In this document: piece by piece, positions 1 to 8,017 of the stretch | Position numbering within the stretch: the stretch's first letter is position 1 | Layout of the letters: every line of letters begins with the position of its first letter | Source of the DNA: Nitrospirota bacterium | Lineage (GTDB): Bacteria > Nitrospinota_A > UBA7883 | Assembly: GCA_024275315.1 (NCBI GenBank) | Contig: JAJRZK010000027.1 | Span: forward strand, 68,714-132,713 | Length of the DNA: 64,000 nt | Reading direction: 5' to 3' | Notes under the pieces: generated by a model | Databases searched by the model: none | What the model was told of the DNA's origin: nothing | What the model saw: the letters and a program-made list of their open reading frames with translations, nothing else | Program-made: the position numbers and the translations under genes

Positions 1-297
1 TTGGGCTGAAACTCTAACATACAGGGCCAAAAAGTCAAGCGTGGATGGGTTGTGAAAAAGAACCTTTTATGTTATGGTAAAATATAGATATAAATAAGTT
101 TATTATATTGAAATCCCTTGCGAATACACACACTGTGTGTGGCTTGGCAATTGTAATTTTTATATTACCGTTGTCATACATGACATGCAATCCACAAAAC
201 CTACTGGGGGGGGATATATGCCGAACAGAAGCGCCAAACCATACTACAACAACGATCCAATGCATATCCTGGTACAGGCGGAGTCATAAAACTGAAA

Positions 298-912
298 GTG
301 AGAAATTTTACTGCCTCGGTAAAAGATGACAAATACGACACGGAAGAGGATTCACATTATAGTTATGACGTGTTGGAGTACGAGCTTGACCATATGGCGC
401 TCATGCTTGTCGATGTGTGGGAGAGCCATCCGAACAACGGTTGGACAGAACGGGCCAGGCGACATATTAAAAGCAAAATCGTTCCCCTGCTCAAACTGGC
501 TCGTAAACATAATTTAAAGGTTATCCACGCCCATCACACGTATTAAGGCTGGACAATCAATAAATTGATCAAACCTATGAGTGGTGAATTCATTTTGGGG
601 AATGACATATCGACATCAACTGATTTATTCAATGATTTTTTGCAGCGGAATGGTATAAAAACGCTATTGTACGCAGGCTATGCCTTGAATTATTGCGTAT
701 TGAACCGGCCCATAGGGATCGTTCCTGTTTCCCAATTACACAAATACAATATTATCCTTTTAAGGGACTGCTCGATCGCCTTTGAAACGCCTGAGACGCT
801 CGCGGGAAAATGGACACGCAAGGTTATTACCAATCTTATTGAAACACAATTTGGCCGCTCTACAACTACCGATGAACTGAGAACATCCTTTGAAAGCATC
901 AATACGCGGTAA
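298..912 (+). pseudogene. isochorismatase-family cysteine hydrolase interrupted by an in-frame TAA (544-546); track ORFs 298..546 and 565..912 are in the same frame
   Basis: N-part has the LVDVW...VIHAHH motif (catalytic Asp), C-part has the catalytic Lys (LIKPMSGE) and Cys (LNYCV). Codons run HTY-TAA-GWTINKLIKPM in one frame. The segment lies in AT-rich DNA (~40% GC). Confidence 0.5.
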
Positions 913-923
913 CCAGCGAGGTT

Positions 924-2507
924 TTATCCGTCCAGGTGGGCCCTGAGCTTTTCCACCGCGCGGTCGATACCGATCAACGTTATGAAACTTCCCATTTTAG
1001 GCCCCGAAGATTGGCCAAGAAACAGGCGGTACAGCGTGGCGAACCAATCTTTCATTTTCACATCATGTTTTTTGGCTACCTGAAACGCCATGTTCTGCGC
1101 CATTTCGACCGTTATTTCCTCACCGGCGTCACGTAGCCTTTCCAGCTCCGCCAAATAATCGCGTATGGCTTCGTCATACTCGGAACCGGCCGCCTCTTCG
1201 ACCCTGTTGGGCAGGTAAACCTCCCTGTAATAGGTCATCACTTTTTCAATCAGCTCGTCGTAATAGCCGATATTGTCCGCCACTTCCGGCTGGTACTTCA
1301 CCAGGTATTCCCGGACAATAGCGGGGTCCGTCGCCGACAGGGCGATGACCAGGTTGTATATCAGCGAGTAGGTGATAATATTATCACCATACAGGACCGC
1401 CGCGTGCGATCCCTTGGAAAGACGGGCGACGAACGGGACGGGGCTGTCCACCGACTCGCCGTCATACCTGGCCACCAGTTCCAGGTATCCATCAATGATC
1501 TTAGGCAACAGCGGCAACCCCATCTTCTTGGTCTGCTGCGGTTTTATATACATGAAGTAAAGTAGCGAATCGACAGGCCCGTAAGAGAGCCATTGCTCGA
1601 TGGAGACACCGTTGCCGATCTTTTTCGATATCTTCCTGCCGGTTTCGTCCAGGAAAAGCTCGTATTTGAAAAGCTCCGGCGGCTTGCCGCCGATCTCCCG
1701 GACGATTTTCGACGACAGCCTGCCAGACTCTACCAGGTCCTCGCCGTGCATCTCGTAATCAATCCCCAGGGCGAACCACCGCAACGCCCAGTCCACCTTC
1801 CACCCTACCTTGCAATGGCCGTCAAGGACGCTGGTCTCACCCGAGTGACCGCACGCCTGATATTTTCCATCGACGGATATGTCACACACGTATGATACGG
1901 ATCCGTTTTCAATGTCATAACCTGTCGGGCGTGTCGAGTATATCTTGCCGCAATTTTCGCAAACCGGAAAAAACGGGCTCCACGCCGCTCTTTTCTCCTC
2001 GCTTATGGTTTTTACGAACAGCTCCTTGATCTTTTCGTGTTTGCGCAAAATACGGATCAGGGGTTCGTTGAAAGCCCCGGAGCGGTATTGGTCCGTGGAA
2101 GAGGCGAACTCGTATTCAAACTCGAAAGAATCGAGAAACTCGCGCAGTCTCCTGTTCATGTTGTGGGCGTAAGACTCCTCCTCGCCGAAAGGGTCCGGAA
2201 TGGAGGTGAGCGGCTTGCCCAGATGCTGTTTGACCATGTCCCTGTTGGGGATGTTCGAGGGAGCCTCCCGCAAGCCATCCATATCGTCGGAAAAACATAT
2301 AAGGCGCGTATCGGTTTGCGGAGAAATGATCTTGAGCGCCTGGAGGACGAACGACGTCCGGGCTACTTCACCAAAAGTGCCGATATGAGGCATCCCGGAG
2401 GGGCCATACCCGGTTTGGGCGGTTATGGAGGTTTTGCCGAGTCTCTTGCAACGAGCGACGATGCGCCTGGCCTCCACGAAGGGCCATTGCTTGTAATCCA
2501 TTATCAT
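924..2507 (-). CDS. lysK: class I lysyl-tRNA synthetase
   Basis: 527 aa. HIGT (HIGH-like) motif in GYGPSGMPHIGTFGE, zinc-finger-like CENCGK, and overall archaeal/spirochete-type LysRS-I architecture. Confidence 0.88.
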   Translation of the reverse strand: MIMDYKQWPFVEARRIVARCKRLGKTSITAQTGYGPSGMPHIGTFGEVARTSFVLQALKIISPQTDTRLICFSDDMDGLREAPSNIPNRDMVKQHLGKPLTSIPDPFGEEESYAHNMNRRLREFLDSFEFEYEFASSTDQYRSGAFNEPLIRILRKHEKIKELFVKTISEEKRAAWSPFFPVCENCGKIYSTRPTGYDIENGSVSYVCDISVDGKYQACGHSGETSVLDGHCKVGWKVDWALRWFALGIDYEMHGEDLVESGRLSSKIVREIGGKPPELFKYELFLDETGRKISKKIGNGVSIEQWLSYGPVDSLLYFMYIKPQQTKKMGLPLLPKIIDGYLELVARYDGESVDSPVPFVARLSKGSHAAVLYGDNIITYSLIYNLVIALSATDPAIVREYLVKYQPEVADNIGYYDELIEKVMTYYREVYLPNRVEEAAGSEYDEAIRDYLAELERLRDAGEEITVEMAQNMAFQVAKKHDVKMKDWFATLYRLFLGQSSGPKMGSFITLIGIDRAVEKLRAHLDG

Positions 2508-2648
2508 TTATCCCATGCTTTAACAAAAGGGTGCGATTGTACCACGACAGGCGATTAACTCACGCCCAAAACCGAGCCCACAGCATGGCTGGTTGTCCCG
2601 GACGAGCCAAAACCGATAAGCGGGGCGCGTCACACCTACCCGGGCGTA

Positions 2649-2969
2649 TCACTTCGGCGAGGTCATCTCCTCCGGGAAGCTGGTCGAAAAAGTGTAGCTT
2701 TTCACTTTCATGGTTTTGTCGAATACCAGATACAAGGTTTTGGACATCGTCTGGCCGGAGGCCGATTTGAGATAACTGTATGTCCACGCCTCGTCCCCGT
2801 TATCCAACCCTGTCGAATATGGAGGGCCGAACCATTCCATTATTTCAACGGAGGTTGTAACGTTTTTTTGTATCGATCTTACTTTGGAAACGTCGAAATT
2901 GGCGCCGGTGGTGATGCTGACACATCCCGCGAAAACCAACACGCAGACCAGGAAGATTGCATGTTTCAC
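2649..2969 (-). CDS. BamE/SmpA-OmlA-like outer-membrane lipoprotein
   Basis: Lipoprotein signal MKHAIFLVCVLVFAGC, ~85 aa mature beta-rich domain, translationally coupled (ATGA-type overlap) to the upstream gene. Confidence 0.55.
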   Translation of the reverse strand: MKHAIFLVCVLVFAGCVSITTGANFDVSKVRSIQKNVTTSVEIMEWFGPPYSTGLDNGDEAWTYSYLKSASGQTMSKTLYLVFDKTMKVKSYTFSTSFPEEMTSPK

Positions 2970-3757
2970 GCCGCTCCCTCCAATCCTGTTCCGTTATCAT
3001 ATATACGCCAGGCTAGTTGATTTTCCCACTGGCTCATCCGCCCCTCCTTAAAATCAATGTCGAACAGCCGCTCAAAAGATTTTATGATGGCTTCACGCAA
3101 CCGTCCCGGATCCATTGGTGTTTTTCTGAAGTCGTTCACCGCGCCCATGCGCCCTCTGGCGTTTTCCCGGGCAGCCCGATCCTTCCATTTAAAACATGAC
3201 AGGTACCTGTCTGCGTCAATAGACAAAACTATCGACCCGTGCTGCAAAGCAGCCCCCCTGAGCCGACGCTGGGCGCTTCCGGCTATCTTGCGCCCGCCGG
3301 CTGTGATCTCGTGCCTTGTCTTCGATGCGAAACAGCACGCAGTGGACAGACCACCGCCTGAACCACTCTCAACCGGGTCCATCTTCACACCGCATTCCGA
3401 CAGAGCCATTCTCATGGCGGCGCTTATCCTGCCATGGATTTCCCTTAACGAACCGAAAATGGCGCTCGATACCGGAACCACGACTGAATACGTCACCTCT
3501 TCGTCATGCAACACAGCCCTCCCCCCGGTGGGGCGGCGCGCCAAGGACACCCCGTTTTTCTCCATAAAAGCCAAATCCGCCCATTCCCTGGGGCGCTGGG
3601 CGTATCCATACGATAAGGTAGGCCGGGTCCAGCCATAAAAACGTAAGGTAGGAAGCGGGTTTTGCTCTTGCGCGGATTGAACCAGCGCCATGTCCACCGC
3701 CATGTTCCAGGCTCCTGCGCCTGGTGGGTTTTCGATAAGACGCCAGGTTTCAGCCAT
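2966..3757 (-). CDS. lipoate-protein ligase / octanoyltransferase (BPL/LPL catalytic domain) family protein
   Basis: 263 aa, LplA/LipM-like catalytic domain (RRPTGGRAVLHD, GRKIAGSAQRR lysine motif). Confidence 0.78.
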   Translation of the reverse strand: MAETWRLIENPPGAGAWNMAVDMALVQSAQEQNPLPTLRFYGWTRPTLSYGYAQRPREWADLAFMEKNGVSLARRPTGGRAVLHDEEVTYSVVVPVSSAIFGSLREIHGRISAAMRMALSECGVKMDPVESGSGGGLSTACCFASKTRHEITAGGRKIAGSAQRRLRGAALQHGSIVLSIDADRYLSCFKWKDRAARENARGRMGAVNDFRKTPMDPGRLREAIIKSFERLFDIDFKEGRMSQWENQLAWRIYDNGTGLEGAA

Positions 3758-4104
3758 CAGTAAAGAGATTTTATACCCCGTTCACCCGTCCTGACACGAA
3801 TAGCGTCGTCTACCGGAATTATGAAAATTTTACCGTCGCCCAAAGAGCCTGTCCGGCAAATCGCCGCAAGAGCGTCGGAAAACTCCGCCAGGCTTTCATC
3901 GTCCACAACAATTTCTATGCAAATCCGATCCCGAAACTGTGGTATGGATCTATTCTCCTCCCCGTCCTTAGAGGCGATCTGGCTCATTGGTTTTCCTATC
4001 CCCTTGGCTTCGGTTACCGACATCCCCGGCGCGCCCAGCTCAAACAGCTTATGCCGGATCGGCTCCAGGTTTTCTTTTCGTGTGTAGCAACGGATCAGCT
4101 TCAT
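3757..4104 (-). CDS. P-II (GlnB-like) signal-transduction protein with a divergent T-loop
   Basis: 115 aa. GM.VTE.KG.G, IEIVVDD and GDGKIFIIPV...RVRTGE motifs of P-II. The T-loop lacks the canonical Tyr51 GAEY segment. Confidence 0.72.
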   Translation of the reverse strand: MKLIRCYTRKENLEPIRHKLFELGAPGMSVTEAKGIGKPMSQIASKDGEENRSIPQFRDRICIEIVVDDESLAEFSDALAAICRTGSLGDGKIFIIPVDDAIRVRTGERGIKSLY

Positions 4105-4222
4105 GGATAACCTTTGAACTGGTTTATATAATATGATCGATATTAGAAAAAATACGCTCCCGGGTCAAACTTTTCGACATCTCCCCCGGTCCGCTGTCCT
4201 TGCCTGGACCCGTGTGGCGCGA

Positions 4223-5479
4223 TCAATTCTTCCGTTTTCCGCTGTCTTGTGTTTTCACAGGGAGTTCGATTACGAAACGGCTCCCCTCGCCGGGGGCGCT
4301 TTCCACCCGGATCCTGCCTTTATGCGCTTTTACAGCCATATGGCAAAAGGCAAGCCCCAGCCCAGAGCCCCCTCGAGCTTTTTTCTCTCCCACCTGGTGG
4401 AATTTTTTGAAAATGCTTTTCTGAAGCTCTTTGGGAATACCGGAGCCCTGATCCGTTACGAGGATTTCCACGCAACCCCTGTCCGGCCGGTTTAAAGCTG
4501 TCAGCGTCACCTCGCTATTCTCGGGCGAATGTTCCGACGCGTTTATCAGCAGATTGGCCAGCACCCGCTCCATCAGGGGCCGGTCGGCGAAAAAGACAAC
4601 CTCATCCCCGGGCATGTCGGCTCTCGTTCTTATCTCATTTAGCTTGAACACATTCCTGAGCTTTCCCAGCGCGGTGTCCACAAGCTGTTTCGCATCGATT
4701 CTCTCCGGCTTGAGCTCTATCCTCCCCTCTTCCATCCTGCTGATGTCCAGGAGGTTGCCGATCATGCGCGACAGATCGCTGGTCCCGATTTCCGCAGATT
4801 CCAGGCAGGAAAGGGAAAATTTATCCAGGTCGCTCGACTTTATCATATCTATGTTCGCCCCGATTTCCTGGAGCGGCCCTTTCATGTCGTGTATGACCAT
4901 GTGTATCAGGTCCTGCTTCAGCTTTTCGAGCTTGCGAAGCTTTGAATTGGCTTTTTTGAGCTTGTTCCTTTCCCGCCTGATATCCTCGGTAAGTTTGGCG
5001 TTTTCCACCACCGGGCTTATTCTGCGCACCCATTTGTCCAGTATGACGGCTTCTTTTTTAGTGTACGGCCCCGAATCGATCTTGTCTGAAATGTTGAATA
5101 TCCCCACAACGCCCCCCTGGGTCTCGATAGGGGAGCTGATGAACATATTTTCCCCATTGCCACCAGGCCTTCGCATAAGACGCGCCAGCTCCGGCTGATC
5201 TTTTTTCGAGTCGCCTGTGCGGATGATTTTTCCGTGTCGATAAGCGCGAAGAGAGATCGAATCCTCACTGAGCTTTTGATGTTTACCGGTCAGGTCAAGG
5301 TTGGTCGAGGCTCTGACAACCAGGGTTTCATCCTCGATTATCATGATAGATCCGGAGCGCGAATTCATTTTCCCGAGAATAAACTTCAACAGGTCGCTCA
5401 GTTTCATATCGAAACTTCGTGACGTATCCATCATTATGTTCATCGCCCTTACAAGGGCTCTGGCTTCTGTGGAATCCAT
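4223..5479 (-). CDS. GAF-domain sensor histidine kinase
   Basis: N-terminal GAF, coiled coil, HisKA H-box (HDMKGPLQEI), HATPase_c (N, G1 and G2 boxes: NLLINASEHS, DQGSGIP, GGSGLGL). Confidence 0.82.
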   Translation of the reverse strand: MDSTEARALVRAMNIMMDTSRSFDMKLSDLLKFILGKMNSRSGSIMIIEDETLVVRASTNLDLTGKHQKLSEDSISLRAYRHGKIIRTGDSKKDQPELARLMRRPGGNGENMFISSPIETQGGVVGIFNISDKIDSGPYTKKEAVILDKWVRRISPVVENAKLTEDIRRERNKLKKANSKLRKLEKLKQDLIHMVIHDMKGPLQEIGANIDMIKSSDLDKFSLSCLESAEIGTSDLSRMIGNLLDISRMEEGRIELKPERIDAKQLVDTALGKLRNVFKLNEIRTRADMPGDEVVFFADRPLMERVLANLLINASEHSPENSEVTLTALNRPDRGCVEILVTDQGSGIPKELQKSIFKKFHQVGEKKARGGSGLGLAFCHMAVKAHKGRIRVESAPGEGSRFVIELPVKTQDSGKRKN

Positions 5480-5663
5480 ACTCCGCCTGAAATGAAATCG
5501 CCTTATTGTCCGCCAGCCATCAATAATACCATCTGCCAGATCGATTAATACCTGAAATATGCAATTTCATGACCTGTTTTTCAAAACGCCGATACCGGAA
5601 TTCCGGTTCACGGTCCGTACAAATAACCTTACAAAAGCAAGCGGATCAGCTAAGGAGAAGATC

Positions 5664-5909
5664 ATGAAACTTTCAGCTATGATTATCGCATGCGCCATGG
5701 TTATGGCGTTTTCGGCCGGATGCGCCTCTACCAACCAGCCCAAATCGGCCGCCACGGGCGCGGCTGTCGGGGCTCTTGCCGGCGCCATAATCGGCCACCA
5801 GTATGGAGAAGGCGGGCGTGACAAAGGCGCCTTGATCGGCGCAGCGCTTGGCGGTGGGGCGGGCCTGTTGTATGGCCAGCGGGAAGATCGTATCCACACA
5901 CGAAATTAG
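5664..5909 (+). CDS. glycine-zipper (YMGG/17 kDa-antigen-like) lipoprotein
   Basis: Internal ATG start at 5664 gives MKLSAMIIACAMVMAFSAGC lipobox, then GAAVGALAGAIIGH...GALIGAALGGGAGLL glycine-zipper repeats. The 5559 start of the track ORF lacks a signal peptide. Confidence 0.6.
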   Translation: MKLSAMIIACAMVMAFSAGCASTNQPKSAATGAAVGALAGAIIGHQYGEGGRDKGALIGAALGGGAGLLYGQREDRIHTRN

Positions 5910-5928
5910 AGCCATTAAACCTGCAAGC

Positions 5929-5957
5929 CCCATGGTCCCCACCGCGGGGACCATGGG
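5929..5957. terminator. perfect 12-bp-stem GC-rich palindromic hairpin (CCCATGGTCCCC-ACCGC-GGGGACCATGGG) downstream of the lipoprotein gene
   Basis: Seen directly in the sequence. There is no U-tract, so this is a terminator-like or protein-binding palindrome rather than a canonical intrinsic terminator. Confidence 0.35.
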
Positions 5958-6026
5958 CGCCGGGTGGGACGCGTTTATCCGCCAGCGAGGTTGACCATTA
6001 AATAACGGCAAGTCTATAATTGCCGG

Positions 6027-6440
6027 ATGTGTCCACAACCATCCAAGCAAGACAAGCTTTCGCATGACAAGGAACTTGTCGCGCAAATCATCCGGAACAA
6101 CGACGAGTCATGGTCGGTGTTCGTGGAAAAATACACGGATTGGGTTCTGTACAAATCAAAGGAATGGTGCACAGCTCACTGCCATTACACCGCAGGACAA
6201 CACTTTTGCGGGTTGACCAGCCTGTCCCTGCAACGGTCGGGGCGCCATGTCCACACGGAAATCCAGGAGTGCGACGAAGGTATGGACACGTATATCTGGA
6301 TTTTCGAACAACTGCGCAGGAGGATAAAAAAATATTCGGGGAAAAACAATTGTCTCCTGTCCACGTTCGTGTGGACCATCCTGAACTCCCGGGAACTGCA
6401 CATCGACTGGTTGAGATGGAAATATGGAAGAATTTTTTAG
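6027..6440 (+). CDS. ECF-type sigma-70 family factor, N-terminal part (region 2), separated from region 4 by a +1 frameshift in a T6 tract
   Basis: ELVAQIIRNNDESWSVFVEKYTDWVLY (region 2.1/2.2-like) and FVWTILNSRELHIDWLRWKYGR (region 2.3/2.4-like). The ORF ends in the TTTTTT tract at 6433-6438. Confidence 0.6.
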   Translation: MCPQPSKQDKLSHDKELVAQIIRNNDESWSVFVEKYTDWVLYKSKEWCTAHCHYTAGQHFCGLTSLSLQRSGRHVHTEIQECDEGMDTYIWIFEQLRRRIKKYSGKNNCLLSTFVWTILNSRELHIDWLRWKYGRIF

Positions 6441-7050
6441 CGCGTCGGCGTCCAAACGTCTGCCGGTGGCGATTCAGAAATTACCCGCGCCGGAGCAAAA
6501 GGCTTTCGTATTGCTCCGGATGAGGCGGGGTGAATCTGAAATTTCCAGGGAGCTGTCCATCCCGCTTGACGAGGCCAGGGCTGTCGTCAGGAGGGTGCAG
6601 GAGGCGTTGATCAGGAGCGGGTCGCTTGACCTGATCAAAAGCCCTCTCTTTTTCCAGATAGACCACCCTGCAAAGGAGGAAGACAGCCCCGGACGGCCTG
6701 TGCAGTTGGCCAAAGAGCAGATCGATATGGAGGATCGGATCGCACTGGACAGATTCTATGACGCGCTGAAAATCTCACTGGACCAGCTTCCCAAACAAAG
6801 CAGAAGACTGCTGGACCTTTGGTTTAACAAAGAGATGAAAGCAAAGGATATTATCATATTTTACAAAAACATAGGCGTTGATATTTCAAGTAAAAAATCA
6901 ATAGATGAAACTGCCGTTAACGATGTTTTTTACGCTCTGGAAAAAAATATCAAGGAATTGCTGGAGCTTGTCCGTACAAATATGAAACATGACAGGATAG
7001 AGCTTACACACAGCGGCCTGAAGACAATATTGAACGAAACCGGAGTTTAG
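6424..7050 (+). CDS. sigma-70 region-4 (HTH) part of the same sigma factor, with a C-terminal extension
   Basis: LPAPEQKAFVLLRMRRGESEISRELSIPLDEARAVVRRVQ is a typical ECF region 4.2. Removing one T from the T6 tract fuses it in frame to 6027..6440. Confidence 0.6.
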   Translation: MEEFFSASASKRLPVAIQKLPAPEQKAFVLLRMRRGESEISRELSIPLDEARAVVRRVQEALIRSGSLDLIKSPLFFQIDHPAKEEDSPGRPVQLAKEQIDMEDRIALDRFYDALKISLDQLPKQSRRLLDLWFNKEMKAKDIIIFYKNIGVDISSKKSIDETAVNDVFYALEKNIKELLELVRTNMKHDRIELTHSGLKTILNETGV

Positions 7051-7084
7051 TGGATGATTTTTCGATATTGGCGGGATTAACGAC

Positions 7085-8002
7085 ATGATGCACCCGAAGC
7101 TTTCCGAGTTGATCGCATATACCGATCCCGGCATGGAAGACGACGCGCGCGAGCGTGTCCGGGCTCATCTGGGGTTCTGCGCCCAGTGCATGGACCGGCT
7201 CATCTCGTTGCAGACTTTCAGGACAGCCGTGCGGACAGACGGGGAATCTGTAATTAGACCTTTCGAGTTGACACAAGAATGTGTCCCGACCGAAATAATG
7301 GGAGATTTTCTCGGAAACCGCCTCCCCCGGGCCGAACGTGATAGTTACTCCGAGCATGTAGTTGATTGCGACATATGTTTTGAAAGAGCCGCCTATTTCA
7401 CCCGCTCATCGGAGAAAATGGCAGAGGGTACGCTTCATATGGAAAAAACGCCGCAACGATACATAAAAGCGGTGGACAAAACATTCGAGGAGACAAAACC
7501 GAATCCGCGCAAAACAACCACCGTGGATTTGTTGCGAAGTTTTATGTCCAGGCCCATCACCGCATACGCACTTGCGGCCAGCTTCGTTTTCTTCCTGGCC
7601 TACACCAACATTTATAATCGCGCCCACATCGTAAAGCTCGATTCGAGCCAGGTATTCACCCTTTATGAAGCCCCGAAACAATCAGGCCCATCGTTCGGCT
7701 TTTCGGACGCGGGCCGCAAGCTTGGCGTGATCGAGGCCGGGCTTTATGTAAAGCTGACCGGCGACGGACAGGTGGTGTTCGGATGGAAACATGTCAAGGG
7801 CTCCGATGAATATCATTTCTCGCTGGTGGAGCTTCGGCCCACAACTCCCCTGGAAATCCACAATGTCAAAACCTCCTACCCTGGCGTTACCATCGGGAAA
7901 TCTTTTTTACAGTCCGGCAAAGCCTATCGATGGAGAGTCACCGGGGAAAAGGGGCCTGGTAAAATATTTGTCGCCACTGGACAATTCGTTTTTATTAACT
8001 AA
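7085..8002 (+). CDS. anti-sigma factor (zf-HC2 putative zinc finger, single TM helix, periplasmic domain)
   Basis: HLGFCAQCMDRL HxxxCxxC motif at the N-terminus, TM helix ITAYALAASFVFFLAYT, and a position immediately after the sigma factor gene. Confidence 0.7.
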   Translation: MMHPKLSELIAYTDPGMEDDARERVRAHLGFCAQCMDRLISLQTFRTAVRTDGESVIRPFELTQECVPTEIMGDFLGNRLPRAERDSYSEHVVDCDICFERAAYFTRSSEKMAEGTLHMEKTPQRYIKAVDKTFEETKPNPRKTTTVDLLRSFMSRPITAYALAASFVFFLAYTNIYNRAHIVKLDSSQVFTLYEAPKQSGPSFGFSDAGRKLGVIEAGLYVKLTGDGQVVFGWKHVKGSDEYHFSLVELRPTTPLEIHNVKTSYPGVTIGKSFLQSGKAYRWRVTGEKGPGKIFVATGQFVFIN

Positions 8003-8017
8003 CCTTACGAGGCTCAC

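Noticed and set aside
2037-2558. 173-aa ORF on the + strand
   Set aside because: Lies entirely antisense to the well-supported class I lysK gene. It is a typical GC-rich shadow ORF with no recognisable motifs.
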